DNA from: an uncultured Chloroflexia bacterium
GTDB taxonomy: Bacteria > Chloroflexota > Limnocylindria > Limnocylindrales > CSP1-4
Reading direction: 5' to 3'
NCBI GenBank assembly: GCA_963833225.1
Contig: CAWHXD010000011.1
Coordinates: 1-18,021, forward strand
Length of the DNA stretch: 18,021 nt
Positions within the stretch are counted from its first letter, which is position 1, and each line of letters begins with the position of its first letter. Positions 8,085 to 15,986 of the stretch are shown one piece after another. The notes beneath the pieces are model-generated. The model did not search any database. It was not told the DNA's origin and saw nothing but the letters and a program-made list of their open reading frames with translations. Both the position numbers and the translations under genes were made by a program.

Positions 8085-8834
8085 ATGACGGCAGGAAGCA
8101 CAGCGCGAGACGTCGCAGCAGCCTGGCAGCCGCAACGACCCGGCAAGCGGTTCGTTCACGACATTCCGAACGCCATCGTGGAGCCGGAATGGGGTGGGGC
8201 GCGGACGGTCGCGGCGCTGACTCCGGACGAGGCCGCGCTGTTCCGCGACGGGGCCGAGCTGACGGTCGCCCGGGAGCTCGTGCAGGCGCTGGTGACTGGC
8301 TTCACCGCCCTGGAGGCGATCGTCGAGGGCCACGTCACGACAGCAGCCCTCAAGAGCGACCGTGGCGCGGTCCCGAGCCCGCCCGAGGTGGAGCGCCCGG
8401 CGCTGCTCGTGCCTCGGTGGATCCGCCGGCGATCGCCCGCTCACCGAGATGCCGCGGCCCGAGATCGGGAGATCCGGCTGGCGCGCCAGGAGCAGGCGAC
8501 CCTGGACTCGCTGGCGGGCGGCGAGCGCCATGCGTTCGTGGCGACGGATCTGCTGCTGCTCGACGGCCAGCCACTCGACGACGTGCCGTTGCTGGAACGG
8601 AAGCGGCTGCTCGAGGCCGTCCTGGTGGTGTCGGACCTGGTCCGCGTGTCGGCATTCGTCCGCCCTTCATCGACCGATATCCTGGCGTCCTGGGGCGCGC
8701 TCGGATTCACGGAGCTCTCGTACCGCGGCAGCAACAGCCGCTACCTTGCCGGTCGCGAGAACCCGGATTGGGCGATCGGCGCGGCGCCGCGAAACGCGCG
8801 CGAGCCGGCAGCAGCGACCAGGCGCCAGCCGTAA
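8085..8834 (+). CDS. ATP-dependent DNA ligase adenylation-domain homolog (LigD/LigC-like), predicted catalytically inactive, no OB domain; 249 aa
   Basis: Colinear ligase motifs: VEPEWGGAR (cf. EPKWDGxR), IVEGH (cf. LDGE), FVATDLLLLDGQPLDDVPLLERKRLLEAVL (cf. YxAFDLLxLDGxDLxxxPLxERRxxLxxLL), GFTELSYR (cf. GxEGxxxK) and NSRYLAGRENPDW (cf. DSxYxPGxRSxxWxKxK). Confidence 0.8.
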   Translation: MTAGSTARDVAAAWQPQRPGKRFVHDIPNAIVEPEWGGARTVAALTPDEAALFRDGAELTVARELVQALVTGFTALEAIVEGHVTTAALKSDRGAVPSPPEVERPALLVPRWIRRRSPAHRDAAARDREIRLARQEQATLDSLAGGERHAFVATDLLLLDGQPLDDVPLLERKRLLEAVLVVSDLVRVSAFVRPSSTDILASWGALGFTELSYRGSNSRYLAGRENPDWAIGAAPRNAREPAAATRRQP

Positions 8835-8860
8835 CCCGTTCCTCGGCCGGGCCACGCCGG

Positions 8861-8869
8861 TGGTAGGGT
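8861..8869 (+). promoter_or_regulatory. Extended -10 (TGG-TAGGGT) of a probably leaderless transcript for the glucosylglycerate operon
   Basis: TGn + TAnnnT ends 6 nt before GTG8876. No SD. Confidence 0.5.
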
Positions 8870-8875
8870 GGATGC

Positions 8876-10279
8876 GTGCCCGCGACGACGCTGACGCCCG
8901 CCATCCGGGAGGAGATCGCCCGCCTGGGACGAGCCGACATCATGGTCGGCATCCCCAGCTTCAAGAACGCGGCCACGATCGGCTACGTGGTACGCGCGGC
9001 GCACGCGGGTCTGGTCCAGTACTTCCCGGACCTCAAGCCCGTGCTCGTCAACTCGGACGCGGGCAGCCCCGACGGGACCCAGCGCGTGGTGGTCGACACC
9101 GAGCCCCCGGACTACGTCGAATCGATCCTGCTCGTCCGCCCCACCAACCGCCTGGTCCGGGTGACGCTCACCTATCCTGAGATCGACGGTATCGGTGGCA
9201 AGGGCGCGGCGCTGCGCACGATCTTCGAGATCGCGGCGGCGCTCGAGGTCCAGGCCCTGGTCGTCGTCGACAGCGACCTGCGGAGCATCCTCCCCGAGTG
9301 GATCGAGCTGCTGGCGGGGCCGATCCTCAAGGGCGGCTACGACTTCGTCGCCCCGCTGTATGCCCGCTACAAGTACGACGGCACGATCACGAACACGGTC
9401 ACCTACCCGCTCACGCGGGCGCTCTATGGTCACCGGATCCGGCAGCCGATCGGCGGCGACTTCGGCGTCAGCGGCGACCTGGTGCGTCACTACCTCGAGC
9501 TCGACGACTGGACCCAGGAGATCAGCAAGTTCGGGATCGACATCTGGATGACGACCTCGGCCCTGACCGGCGGGTACGCCGTGTGCCAGACACGACTGGG
9601 TGCCAAGGTCCACGACCCCAAGGATCCCGGCGCCGACCTCGGCCCGATGTTCCGCCAGGTGGTGAGCACGATCCTGCGCATGGCCGCCAGCCATCCCGAG
9701 GCGTGGCTGGAGATCCGCGGCAGCCACGACATCCCGGCCTACGGGTTCGAGCGCCTCATCGACCCACCGCCGCTGGAGGTGAACGCGCTTCGGCTGCTGT
9801 CCGAGTTCCATGCCGGCTCGCTGACGGTCGCCGACACGTGGCGCCGGATGCTCGACCCGGTCAACGCGGACGCGGTGCTGGTCCTGGCCGCCGAGGCGGG
9901 CCAGCTGGTGGATGCAGCTTCGCGGCAATTCGGGCTGGGCGCGGAGACCTCAGCGCCCGTATCCACGCTCGACATGGCGGAAGCGCTGTCCGCGTTCCAC
10001 TTCCCCGACGACCTCTGGGCGCGCGTGATCTACGACCTGGTCGTCGCGACCCGGAAGGGCAGCGTTGACGACGCGCAGCTCGTGGCCGCGCTGGTCCCGA
10101 TCTACTTCGGCCGGGTCGGCAGCTTCGTGATCGAGAACCGCCACCTGACCACCGCTGACGCCGAGGACCGGGTGGAACGTCAGGCCCGGCAGTTCGAGCT
10201 CCTCAAGCCCTACCTCGTCGAACGCTGGCGGGCCCTGGACGAGCCGTCGGCGGGCGAGGACGGAGCGGCGAGCACGTGA
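8876..10279 (+). CDS. GT-A glycosyltransferase of the glucosylglycerate synthase (Ggs) / mannosylglycerate synthase-like family
   Basis: ADIMVGIPSFKNAATIGYVV, VLVNSDAGSPDGT, GKGAALRTIFE, VVDSDLRSI (DxD), PLYARYKYDGTITN, IRQPIGGDFG, FGIDIWMTT and LGAKVHDPKDPG. Sits directly upstream of gpgS. Confidence 0.78.
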   Translation: MPATTLTPAIREEIARLGRADIMVGIPSFKNAATIGYVVRAAHAGLVQYFPDLKPVLVNSDAGSPDGTQRVVVDTEPPDYVESILLVRPTNRLVRVTLTYPEIDGIGGKGAALRTIFEIAAALEVQALVVVDSDLRSILPEWIELLAGPILKGGYDFVAPLYARYKYDGTITNTVTYPLTRALYGHRIRQPIGGDFGVSGDLVRHYLELDDWTQEISKFGIDIWMTTSALTGGYAVCQTRLGAKVHDPKDPGADLGPMFRQVVSTILRMAASHPEAWLEIRGSHDIPAYGFERLIDPPPLEVNALRLLSEFHAGSLTVADTWRRMLDPVNADAVLVLAAEAGQLVDAASRQFGLGAETSAPVSTLDMAEALSAFHFPDDLWARVIYDLVVATRKGSVDDAQLVAALVPIYFGRVGSFVIENRHLTTADAEDRVERQARQFELLKPYLVERWRALDEPSAGEDGAAST

Positions 10280-12201
10280 GCGCTGAGCCCCTCCCCGCGC
10301 GCATCCTGATCCCGGTCGCCAACCCGCTCACGGCCGAGGAGCTGGTCCGGATCGGCGCGTCGCTGATGGATCCGCGGACCGGCGAGCTGACCGCGCTGGG
10401 AATCGTCGAGGTCCCGGAGGGCATGCCGCTGAGCGACGGCGCCACGCGGGCGCGCCAAGCCCGGCGGCTGCTGCAGAAGGTGCTCGATTACGTGCCCGAG
10501 GGCACCATCATCCATCCGCTGGTCCGGATCGGCCGCCACGCCGCCGCGGGCATCGTCGAGGCCGCCGCCGAGCAGGAGGCGGACCTGATGATCTTCGGCT
10601 GGGGCGGCAAGTCCACGCCCGGCAGGGACGCGCGAGGCCCGGTCATCTCACCCACGATCGACGAGGTCGTCCGCAAATCACCCTGCGACATCGCCGTCGT
10701 CAAGCAGCGCGGGGCCCACGAGGTCCGCCGGATCCTGGTCCCGGTCCGCGGCGGGCCGCACGCCGAGCTGGCCCTGCGGTTCGCCGATGCGCTGGCCCAC
10801 CGCTACGGGGCCACGGTCGCCGTCATGCATCTCGTCCCCGCCGGCGTGACCGAGGCGGTCCGAGCGCAGGCCGAGCATGCGCTGGCCGCGTTCGTCCGCC
10901 AGCACGTGACCGCCCGATCAGAGCAGGTGCTGCGGGAGACGGCCAACGTGCGGACGGCCATCCTGCGCGAGGCCGAGCGTGCCGACCTCGTGGTGATGGG
11001 TGCCTCGGCGCCGCCCGGCGATCCGGGCAGCTCGCTGTTCGGGTCGCTGCCCGAGGCCATCGCCCAGCGCGCCCGGCCAACCGTCATCGTGGTCAAGACC
11101 CGCGAGCCGATCGGCCGCCAGACCTTCGAGCACCTGGCCGAGAAGGCGGAGTCGCTGGCCGCGGCCGATCGGGCTGCCGAGGAGGCCCGTGCGATCCCCG
11201 CCCGTGTCGAGCGCTGGTTCGCGGAGGCAAACTTCCACCACTCCGAGTTCGCGGACCTGGCCCGGCTCTCGGCGCTCAAGGAAAAGCAGGGCGTCACGGT
11301 CAGCCTGGTGCTGCCGACGCTCAACGAGGCCGAGACGATCGGGCCGATCGTGCGGCGCGCGATCCGGGAGATGCAGCAGCGGTACCCGCTGGTGGACGAG
11401 ATCCTGGTCATCGACTCCGCCTCCACCGATGACACTCGCGGGATCGCGGTGCGCGAGGGTGCGCGAGTCGTCCGGCACCCGGACGTGCTGGCCAGGTACG
11501 GCTCGTTCCGGGGCAAGGGCGAGGCGCTCTGGAAGTCGCTCTACGAGACGTCGGGCGACATCGTCGTGTGGGCCGACACGGACGTCCGCAACTGGCACCA
11601 CCGGATGGTCTACGGAACGCTGGGCCCGCTGCTCGTGGAACCCCGCCTCCAGTACGTCAAGGGCTACTACCAGCGTCCGATCGTCGAGGCCGGCGTGCTC
11701 AAGGAGGGCGGCGGCGGCCGGGTCACCGAGCTCGTGGCGCGTCCCCTGATCAACCTGTTCTTCCCCGAGCTGTCGGGGCTGATCCAGCCGCTGTCCGGCG
11801 AGTATGCCGGGCGGCGGTCGCTGCTCGAGCAGCTGCCGTTCTTCACCGGCTACGCCGTCGAGATCGGGCACCTCATCGACGCCGTGGAGCGGGCCGGGCT
11901 GGGCGGCCTGGGCCAGGTTGATCTCGAGCGCCGCGTCCACCGCAACCAGGAGCTCGAAGGGCTGTCCCGGATGTCGTTCGTGATCCTCCAGGCGGTCATG
12001 AAGCGCCTCGAGGAGCGACGGCGTGTCCGGCTGTTCGCGGAGCTCGGGTCCACGATGAAGCTGCCTCGGTCCGGGCGTGGACGGCTCTCGCTCGAGGTCC
12101 AGGAGCTTGCCGACCACGAGCGACCGCCGATGATCCGGATCCCGGAATACCTCGAGAAGCGTCGCGCCGAGACGGGCGCCGGCGACGATCACGCCGATTG
12201 A
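10276..12201 (+). CDS. gpgS: Fusion: two N-terminal universal stress protein (USP) domains + glucosyl-3-phosphoglycerate synthase
   Basis: USP1 RILIPVANP...ADLMIFGWGG...IDEVVRKSPCDIAVVK; USP2 RILVPVRGGPHAELAL...ADLVVMGAS...FGSLPEAIAQRARPTVIVVK. GpgS motifs VSLVLPTLNEAETIG, VIDSASTD, GKGEALWKSL, WADTD, KGYYQRP, GGRVTELVARP, QPLSGEYAGRR, GYAVEIG and HRNQ. GTGA overlap with the upstream gene. Confidence 0.9.
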   Translation: MSAEPLPARILIPVANPLTAEELVRIGASLMDPRTGELTALGIVEVPEGMPLSDGATRARQARRLLQKVLDYVPEGTIIHPLVRIGRHAAAGIVEAAAEQEADLMIFGWGGKSTPGRDARGPVISPTIDEVVRKSPCDIAVVKQRGAHEVRRILVPVRGGPHAELALRFADALAHRYGATVAVMHLVPAGVTEAVRAQAEHALAAFVRQHVTARSEQVLRETANVRTAILREAERADLVVMGASAPPGDPGSSLFGSLPEAIAQRARPTVIVVKTREPIGRQTFEHLAEKAESLAAADRAAEEARAIPARVERWFAEANFHHSEFADLARLSALKEKQGVTVSLVLPTLNEAETIGPIVRRAIREMQQRYPLVDEILVIDSASTDDTRGIAVREGARVVRHPDVLARYGSFRGKGEALWKSLYETSGDIVVWADTDVRNWHHRMVYGTLGPLLVEPRLQYVKGYYQRPIVEAGVLKEGGGGRVTELVARPLINLFFPELSGLIQPLSGEYAGRRSLLEQLPFFTGYAVEIGHLIDAVERAGLGGLGQVDLERRVHRNQELEGLSRMSFVILQAVMKRLEERRRVRLFAELGSTMKLPRSGRGRLSLEVQELADHERPPMIRIPEYLEKRRAETGAGDDHAD

Positions 12202-12232
12202 CGATGGACCGCGCGTGACGATGGACCGCGCG
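12199..12232. repeat. Perfect 17-bp tandem duplication TGACGATGGACCGCGCG x2 across the gpgS stop / glycerate kinase start
   Basis: Copies at 12199-12215 and 12216-12232, read directly. Confidence 0.92.
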
Positions 12233-13366
12233 CGGGCTGGTGCGGGGCATCGGTTGCACGTGCTCATCGCCCCCGACTCGTTCAAGGGCGCGCTCACCAG
12301 CGTCGAGGTCGCGCGCGCGCTCGAGGTGGGCTGGCTGCGAGCTCGACCCGCCGACGAGATCCGGTTGGCGCCGCTGGCAGACGGCGGCGAGGGGACGCTG
12401 GTCGCGATCGAGGCTGCCGGCCAGTGGCAGTGGCGAGAAGCGGATGCCCTCGACCCCCTGGGCCGCCCGATGCGCGCACGCTGGCTGGCGCGCGATGACG
12501 GCAGGGCCGCGATCGTCGAGATGGCCGCTGCATCGGGCCTGTCGCGGCTGGCTCCCAGGGAACGCGACGCCCGTGGGGCCACCAGCCACGGAGTGGGAGA
12601 CCTGCTGCGCGCCGTGCTCGACGCCGGGATCCGCGACATCGCTCTTGGGATCGGGGGCAGCGCGACCACCGACGGAGCCGCGGGTCTGCTGCGTGCGCTC
12701 GGCGCAGACGTCGCCGACGACCTCGGCGCGGTTGACCTGTCCGGGCTTGATCCGCGACTCGCAGAGACGAGGCTACGGATCGCGTGTGACGTGACGAACC
12801 CGCTGCTCGGGCCGGCCGGTGCGGCCGCCACCTACGGTCCGCAGAAGGGCGCCGACGCGGAGGACGTCGCCCTGCTGGACGCCCGGCTGGCACGGTTCGC
12901 CGATGCGATGGAGACGGCAACCGGGCGGCGCGAGCGCGACACGCCGGGCGCCGGCGCGGCCGGTGGCGTCGGGTTCGGCCTGCTGTGCCTGACCGACCGG
13001 TTCGCGTCGCTCGAGCTGCGACCCGGGATCGACCTGGTGATGGAGGAGGCCGGCTTCGACCGGGCCCTGGCGAGCGCCGATCTCGTGCTCACCGGGGAGG
13101 GGCGGATCGACGTCCAGACCGCGTTCGGCAAGACGGCGCTCGGGGTCGCTCTTCGGGCGCAGGCCGCCGGCAAGCCGTGCATCGCGATCGGAGGCGGGGT
13201 GACAGCCGAGGGAGTCGAGGCCATGGCGACCGTCGACGCGGTGGCCGTGCCGGTCGTGGAGCATCCACAGACCGTCGAGGCGGCGATGGCCGCGGGGACC
13301 GCCCCGCTCGAGCGCTGTGGCGAGCGCGTGGCTCGCCTGGTCAGCCTGGGAGCCCAACGTGGCTAG
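12221..13366 (+). CDS. glxK: Glycerate kinase (GlxK/GarK family)
   Basis: VLIAPDSFKGALTS, PLADGGEGT, IVEMAAASGL, ATSHGVG, LGIGGSATTDG, ACDVTNPLLGPAGAAATYGPQKGA, PGAGAAGGVGFGL and LTGEGRIDVQTAFGK. Start is ATG12221 or GTG12215. Confidence 0.94.
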   Translation: MDRARAGAGHRLHVLIAPDSFKGALTSVEVARALEVGWLRARPADEIRLAPLADGGEGTLVAIEAAGQWQWREADALDPLGRPMRARWLARDDGRAAIVEMAAASGLSRLAPRERDARGATSHGVGDLLRAVLDAGIRDIALGIGGSATTDGAAGLLRALGADVADDLGAVDLSGLDPRLAETRLRIACDVTNPLLGPAGAAATYGPQKGADAEDVALLDARLARFADAMETATGRRERDTPGAGAAGGVGFGLLCLTDRFASLELRPGIDLVMEEAGFDRALASADLVLTGEGRIDVQTAFGKTALGVALRAQAAGKPCIAIGGGVTAEGVEAMATVDAVAVPVVEHPQTVEAAMAAGTAPLERCGERVARLVSLGAQRG

Positions 13367-14243
13367 GTCCACGGGTGGACGGGTGCCCTCGGAGACTGTG
13401 GCGACCACGAGCGCATCGAAGCCGGATGCGCGCAGGAGCGTGCCGTCGCGCAAGGCCCGCAAGACCGTCGACCCGACACGGAGGTGGGCGAGCTACCTGC
13501 GCCGGTACCGGCCCGGGCTCCAGCGATACGTGCTGGACGGTCTCGCCGGCGTCTACGGCGCGCAGCACTGGGAGCCTCGCCTCGACCCCACGAGCGAGCT
13601 CGTGCTCACGATCCTGACCCAGAACACCGCCGACGTGAACGCCGAGAAGGCGTACGAGGCTCTTCGGATCGCGTACCCGAGCGATCGAGCGCCCGAGATC
13701 CACCGGCCTGGCATCGGCTGGGGCGGGGAGGGACTGTCCACTGCGGCGCCGCCTGACTGGTCGATGGTCGAGAACGCTCCCCTGCCCGAGCTCATCGACG
13801 TGATCCGGCCCGGCGGCCTGGGGCCCCAGAAGGCACCCCGGATCCAGGCCATGCTGCGCCATATCCGGGAGCAGCGCGGTGACTACTCGCTCGGGTTCCT
13901 GGGCGAGCTGGCCCCGCTCGAGGCACGCGACTGGCTGACCGCGATCGACGGCATCGGCAGAAAGACCGCATCGATCGTGCTCCTGTTCTGCTTCGGGATG
14001 CCGCTGATGCCTGTCGACCGCCATGTGGAGCGGGTCAGCCAGCGGATCGGCCTCATCCCGCTCAAGGCGACGGCCGATCAGGCCCACGACCTGTTCCTCG
14101 GATTGCTCGAGCCTGACGAGATGTACGCCGCACACGTGCTGCTCATCCACCACGGACGAGCCATGTGCCACGCCCGGAACCCCAAGCACGAGCTGTGCCC
14201 CATCGCCGACCGGTGCCGGTTCGTGAGCTCGAAGGCGCCCTGA
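13359..14243 (+). CDS. nth: Endonuclease III-like HhH-GPD DNA glycosylase/AP lyase with variant Fe-S motif
   Basis: ELVLTILTQNTADVN, IRPGGLGPQKAPRI, HhH LTAIDGIGRKTASIVLLF (Lys kept), MPVDRHVERV (Asp kept), and C-terminal CHARNPKHELCPIADRC. GGGAG SD before GTG13359, which overlaps the glxK stop. Confidence 0.88.
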   Translation: MARSTGGRVPSETVATTSASKPDARRSVPSRKARKTVDPTRRWASYLRRYRPGLQRYVLDGLAGVYGAQHWEPRLDPTSELVLTILTQNTADVNAEKAYEALRIAYPSDRAPEIHRPGIGWGGEGLSTAAPPDWSMVENAPLPELIDVIRPGGLGPQKAPRIQAMLRHIREQRGDYSLGFLGELAPLEARDWLTAIDGIGRKTASIVLLFCFGMPLMPVDRHVERVSQRIGLIPLKATADQAHDLFLGLLEPDEMYAAHVLLIHHGRAMCHARNPKHELCPIADRCRFVSSKAP

Positions 14244-14275
14244 TCGGCGCCCAGGAACGCCCAGCCCGGAGACCG

Positions 14276-15955
14276 ATGATGCCCAATCCCGACGACGCGG
14301 CCGCCACCCTGGAAGGCGTCCTTCGCGATCTGCTCGCCGCCGACTTCGACGCGGCCCCGGTTGCCGCCAGCGCCCTCGGGCTGACCGACTTCGACGAGCG
14401 CCTCGACGATCTGTCGGCCGATGCGTTCCGGGCCCGCGACGCTGACGCCGCAACCTTCCTCGCGCGTCTCGACGCCATCGCCGTCGCGTCGCTGACCGCC
14501 GAGGGGGCCATCGACCGCGATCTGGCCCGCTCGACGCTCGCGGGCCGGCTGATCATGGCGTCGTTCGAGCCCTGGAAGCGAGATCCCGTGGTGTACTCCG
14601 GGCCGATCACGGGTGGCCTGTTCACCCTGTTCCTCCAGCGTCTGCGTCCGGAGGCCGACCTCGTCGATGCCGCCATCGCGCGGCTGGAGCAGGCGGGAGA
14701 CGCCGTCAATTCGGGGATCGAGAACCTCGATGCCACGCTCGCCCATCCGCTGATCGTCGAGCGCGGCATGAGCGCCGCGAAGGGTGCGGTTCGTTACGTC
14801 CGGGACCTCGTCCTGCTCGAGATCGAGGACGGCCGCGACCGGGATCGGCTGCAGACGGCCGGGGCGGCCGCCGCTGCGCACCTCGAGCGCTGGGTCGCCC
14901 ACCTCGACGACCTGCGCAGCAGAGCCCGCGGCACCTGGCAGCTGGGTGAGGAGCGCTACACGCAAATCCTTCGCGAGCGCGAGGTCCTGAGCGACGACGC
15001 CCACTCGCTTCGTGATCGCGGCTGGCAGGAGCTCGAACGCCTCGACACCCAGATGACCGCGCTCGCCCGCGACGCGACCGGCAACCCGGACTACGTGGAT
15101 GTCCTGCGCGACGACGACGAGCATCACCCACCCACCGAGCAGGCGATGCTCGACAGCTATGCCGAATGGACCGCGCGGGCGCGGGCCTTCCTGGTCGAGA
15201 CGGGACTGGTCACGCTGCCGGCCGGCGAGACCTGCGCGGTCGTGCCCTCGCCCGTGTTCCAGCGACCCGTGGTGGGCGTGGCCTCGTACACGGCGCCGCC
15301 GTCCTTCTCGGATCGCTGGAAGGGGCACTTCTTCGTCCCGTTCGCCCCGGACGGGGCGTCGGAGACCGAGGTCGAGTCACGGCTGGCGAGCAACTCATAC
15401 GGATCGATCCCGTCCACGACGGTCCACGAGACCTATCCGGGTCACCACTGGCACCTCGTCATGCGCAAAGCCCATGCGTCCGAGGTCCGGCGCGTGTACT
15501 CGACGCCGTACTTCAACGAGGGCTGGGCGCTCTACGCGGAGCGCGTGATGCGCGAGCGCGGGTTCTTCGAGAACCCGATCCACGAGCTCCACCATCTCAA
15601 CGCGAGCCTGTTCCGGGCGGCCAGGATCATCGTCGACACCTCGCTCCACCTGGGCGAGATGTCGTTCGACGAGGCGGTCGACTTCATGCGCGACCGGACG
15701 GCGATGCCCGAGCCGGTGGCCAGGGTGGAGGTCGGCCGCTATTGCTGGTGGCCCACGCAGGCCTCCTCGTACCTGACCGGCTGCCTGGAGATCCTCGCGA
15801 TCCGCGAGCGGTATCTGGCAGCACGCGGGCTCGCCGCTGTGCCCCCCGCCGATGTGCCGGTCGAGGTGCTGCGCGGGTTCCATGACACGATCACCTCCTC
15901 GGGGGCGCTGCCGCTGGGTCTCGCCGAGCGTGCGGTGATGGCCGCGGTCGCCTGA
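14276..15955 (+). CDS. DUF885 family protein (putative zinc metallopeptidase fold), no signal peptide
   Basis: PVAASALG..D..LDDLS N-terminus, VHETYPGHH, FNEGWALYAE, LFRAARIIVDTSLHLG, EVGRYCWWPTQASSYLTG and FHDTITSSGALPL. GGAG before ATG14276/14279. Confidence 0.88.
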   Translation: MMPNPDDAAATLEGVLRDLLAADFDAAPVAASALGLTDFDERLDDLSADAFRARDADAATFLARLDAIAVASLTAEGAIDRDLARSTLAGRLIMASFEPWKRDPVVYSGPITGGLFTLFLQRLRPEADLVDAAIARLEQAGDAVNSGIENLDATLAHPLIVERGMSAAKGAVRYVRDLVLLEIEDGRDRDRLQTAGAAAAAHLERWVAHLDDLRSRARGTWQLGEERYTQILREREVLSDDAHSLRDRGWQELERLDTQMTALARDATGNPDYVDVLRDDDEHHPPTEQAMLDSYAEWTARARAFLVETGLVTLPAGETCAVVPSPVFQRPVVGVASYTAPPSFSDRWKGHFFVPFAPDGASETEVESRLASNSYGSIPSTTVHETYPGHHWHLVMRKAHASEVRRVYSTPYFNEGWALYAERVMRERGFFENPIHELHHLNASLFRAARIIVDTSLHLGEMSFDEAVDFMRDRTAMPEPVARVEVGRYCWWPTQASSYLTGCLEILAIRERYLAARGLAAVPPADVPVEVLRGFHDTITSSGALPLGLAERAVMAAVA

Positions 15956-15986
15956 TCGCGAGGGCGAGCCCGAGGAGCAATGGCGC

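Noticed and set aside
7656-8531. N-terminal extension of the tadE ORF to 503 aa, including GHGHGHG
   Set aside because: It overlaps the ligase-like gene on the other strand. GH repeats are simply the microsatellite translated, and the SD and prepilin motif support ATG7655.
10918-12831. 637-aa antisense ORF and other long antisense/alternate-frame ORFs (761..2065, 8741..9928, 13341..14453, 14078..15328)
   Set aside because: They shadow well-supported genes and have no motifs. Long open shadow frames are expected in high-GC DNA.
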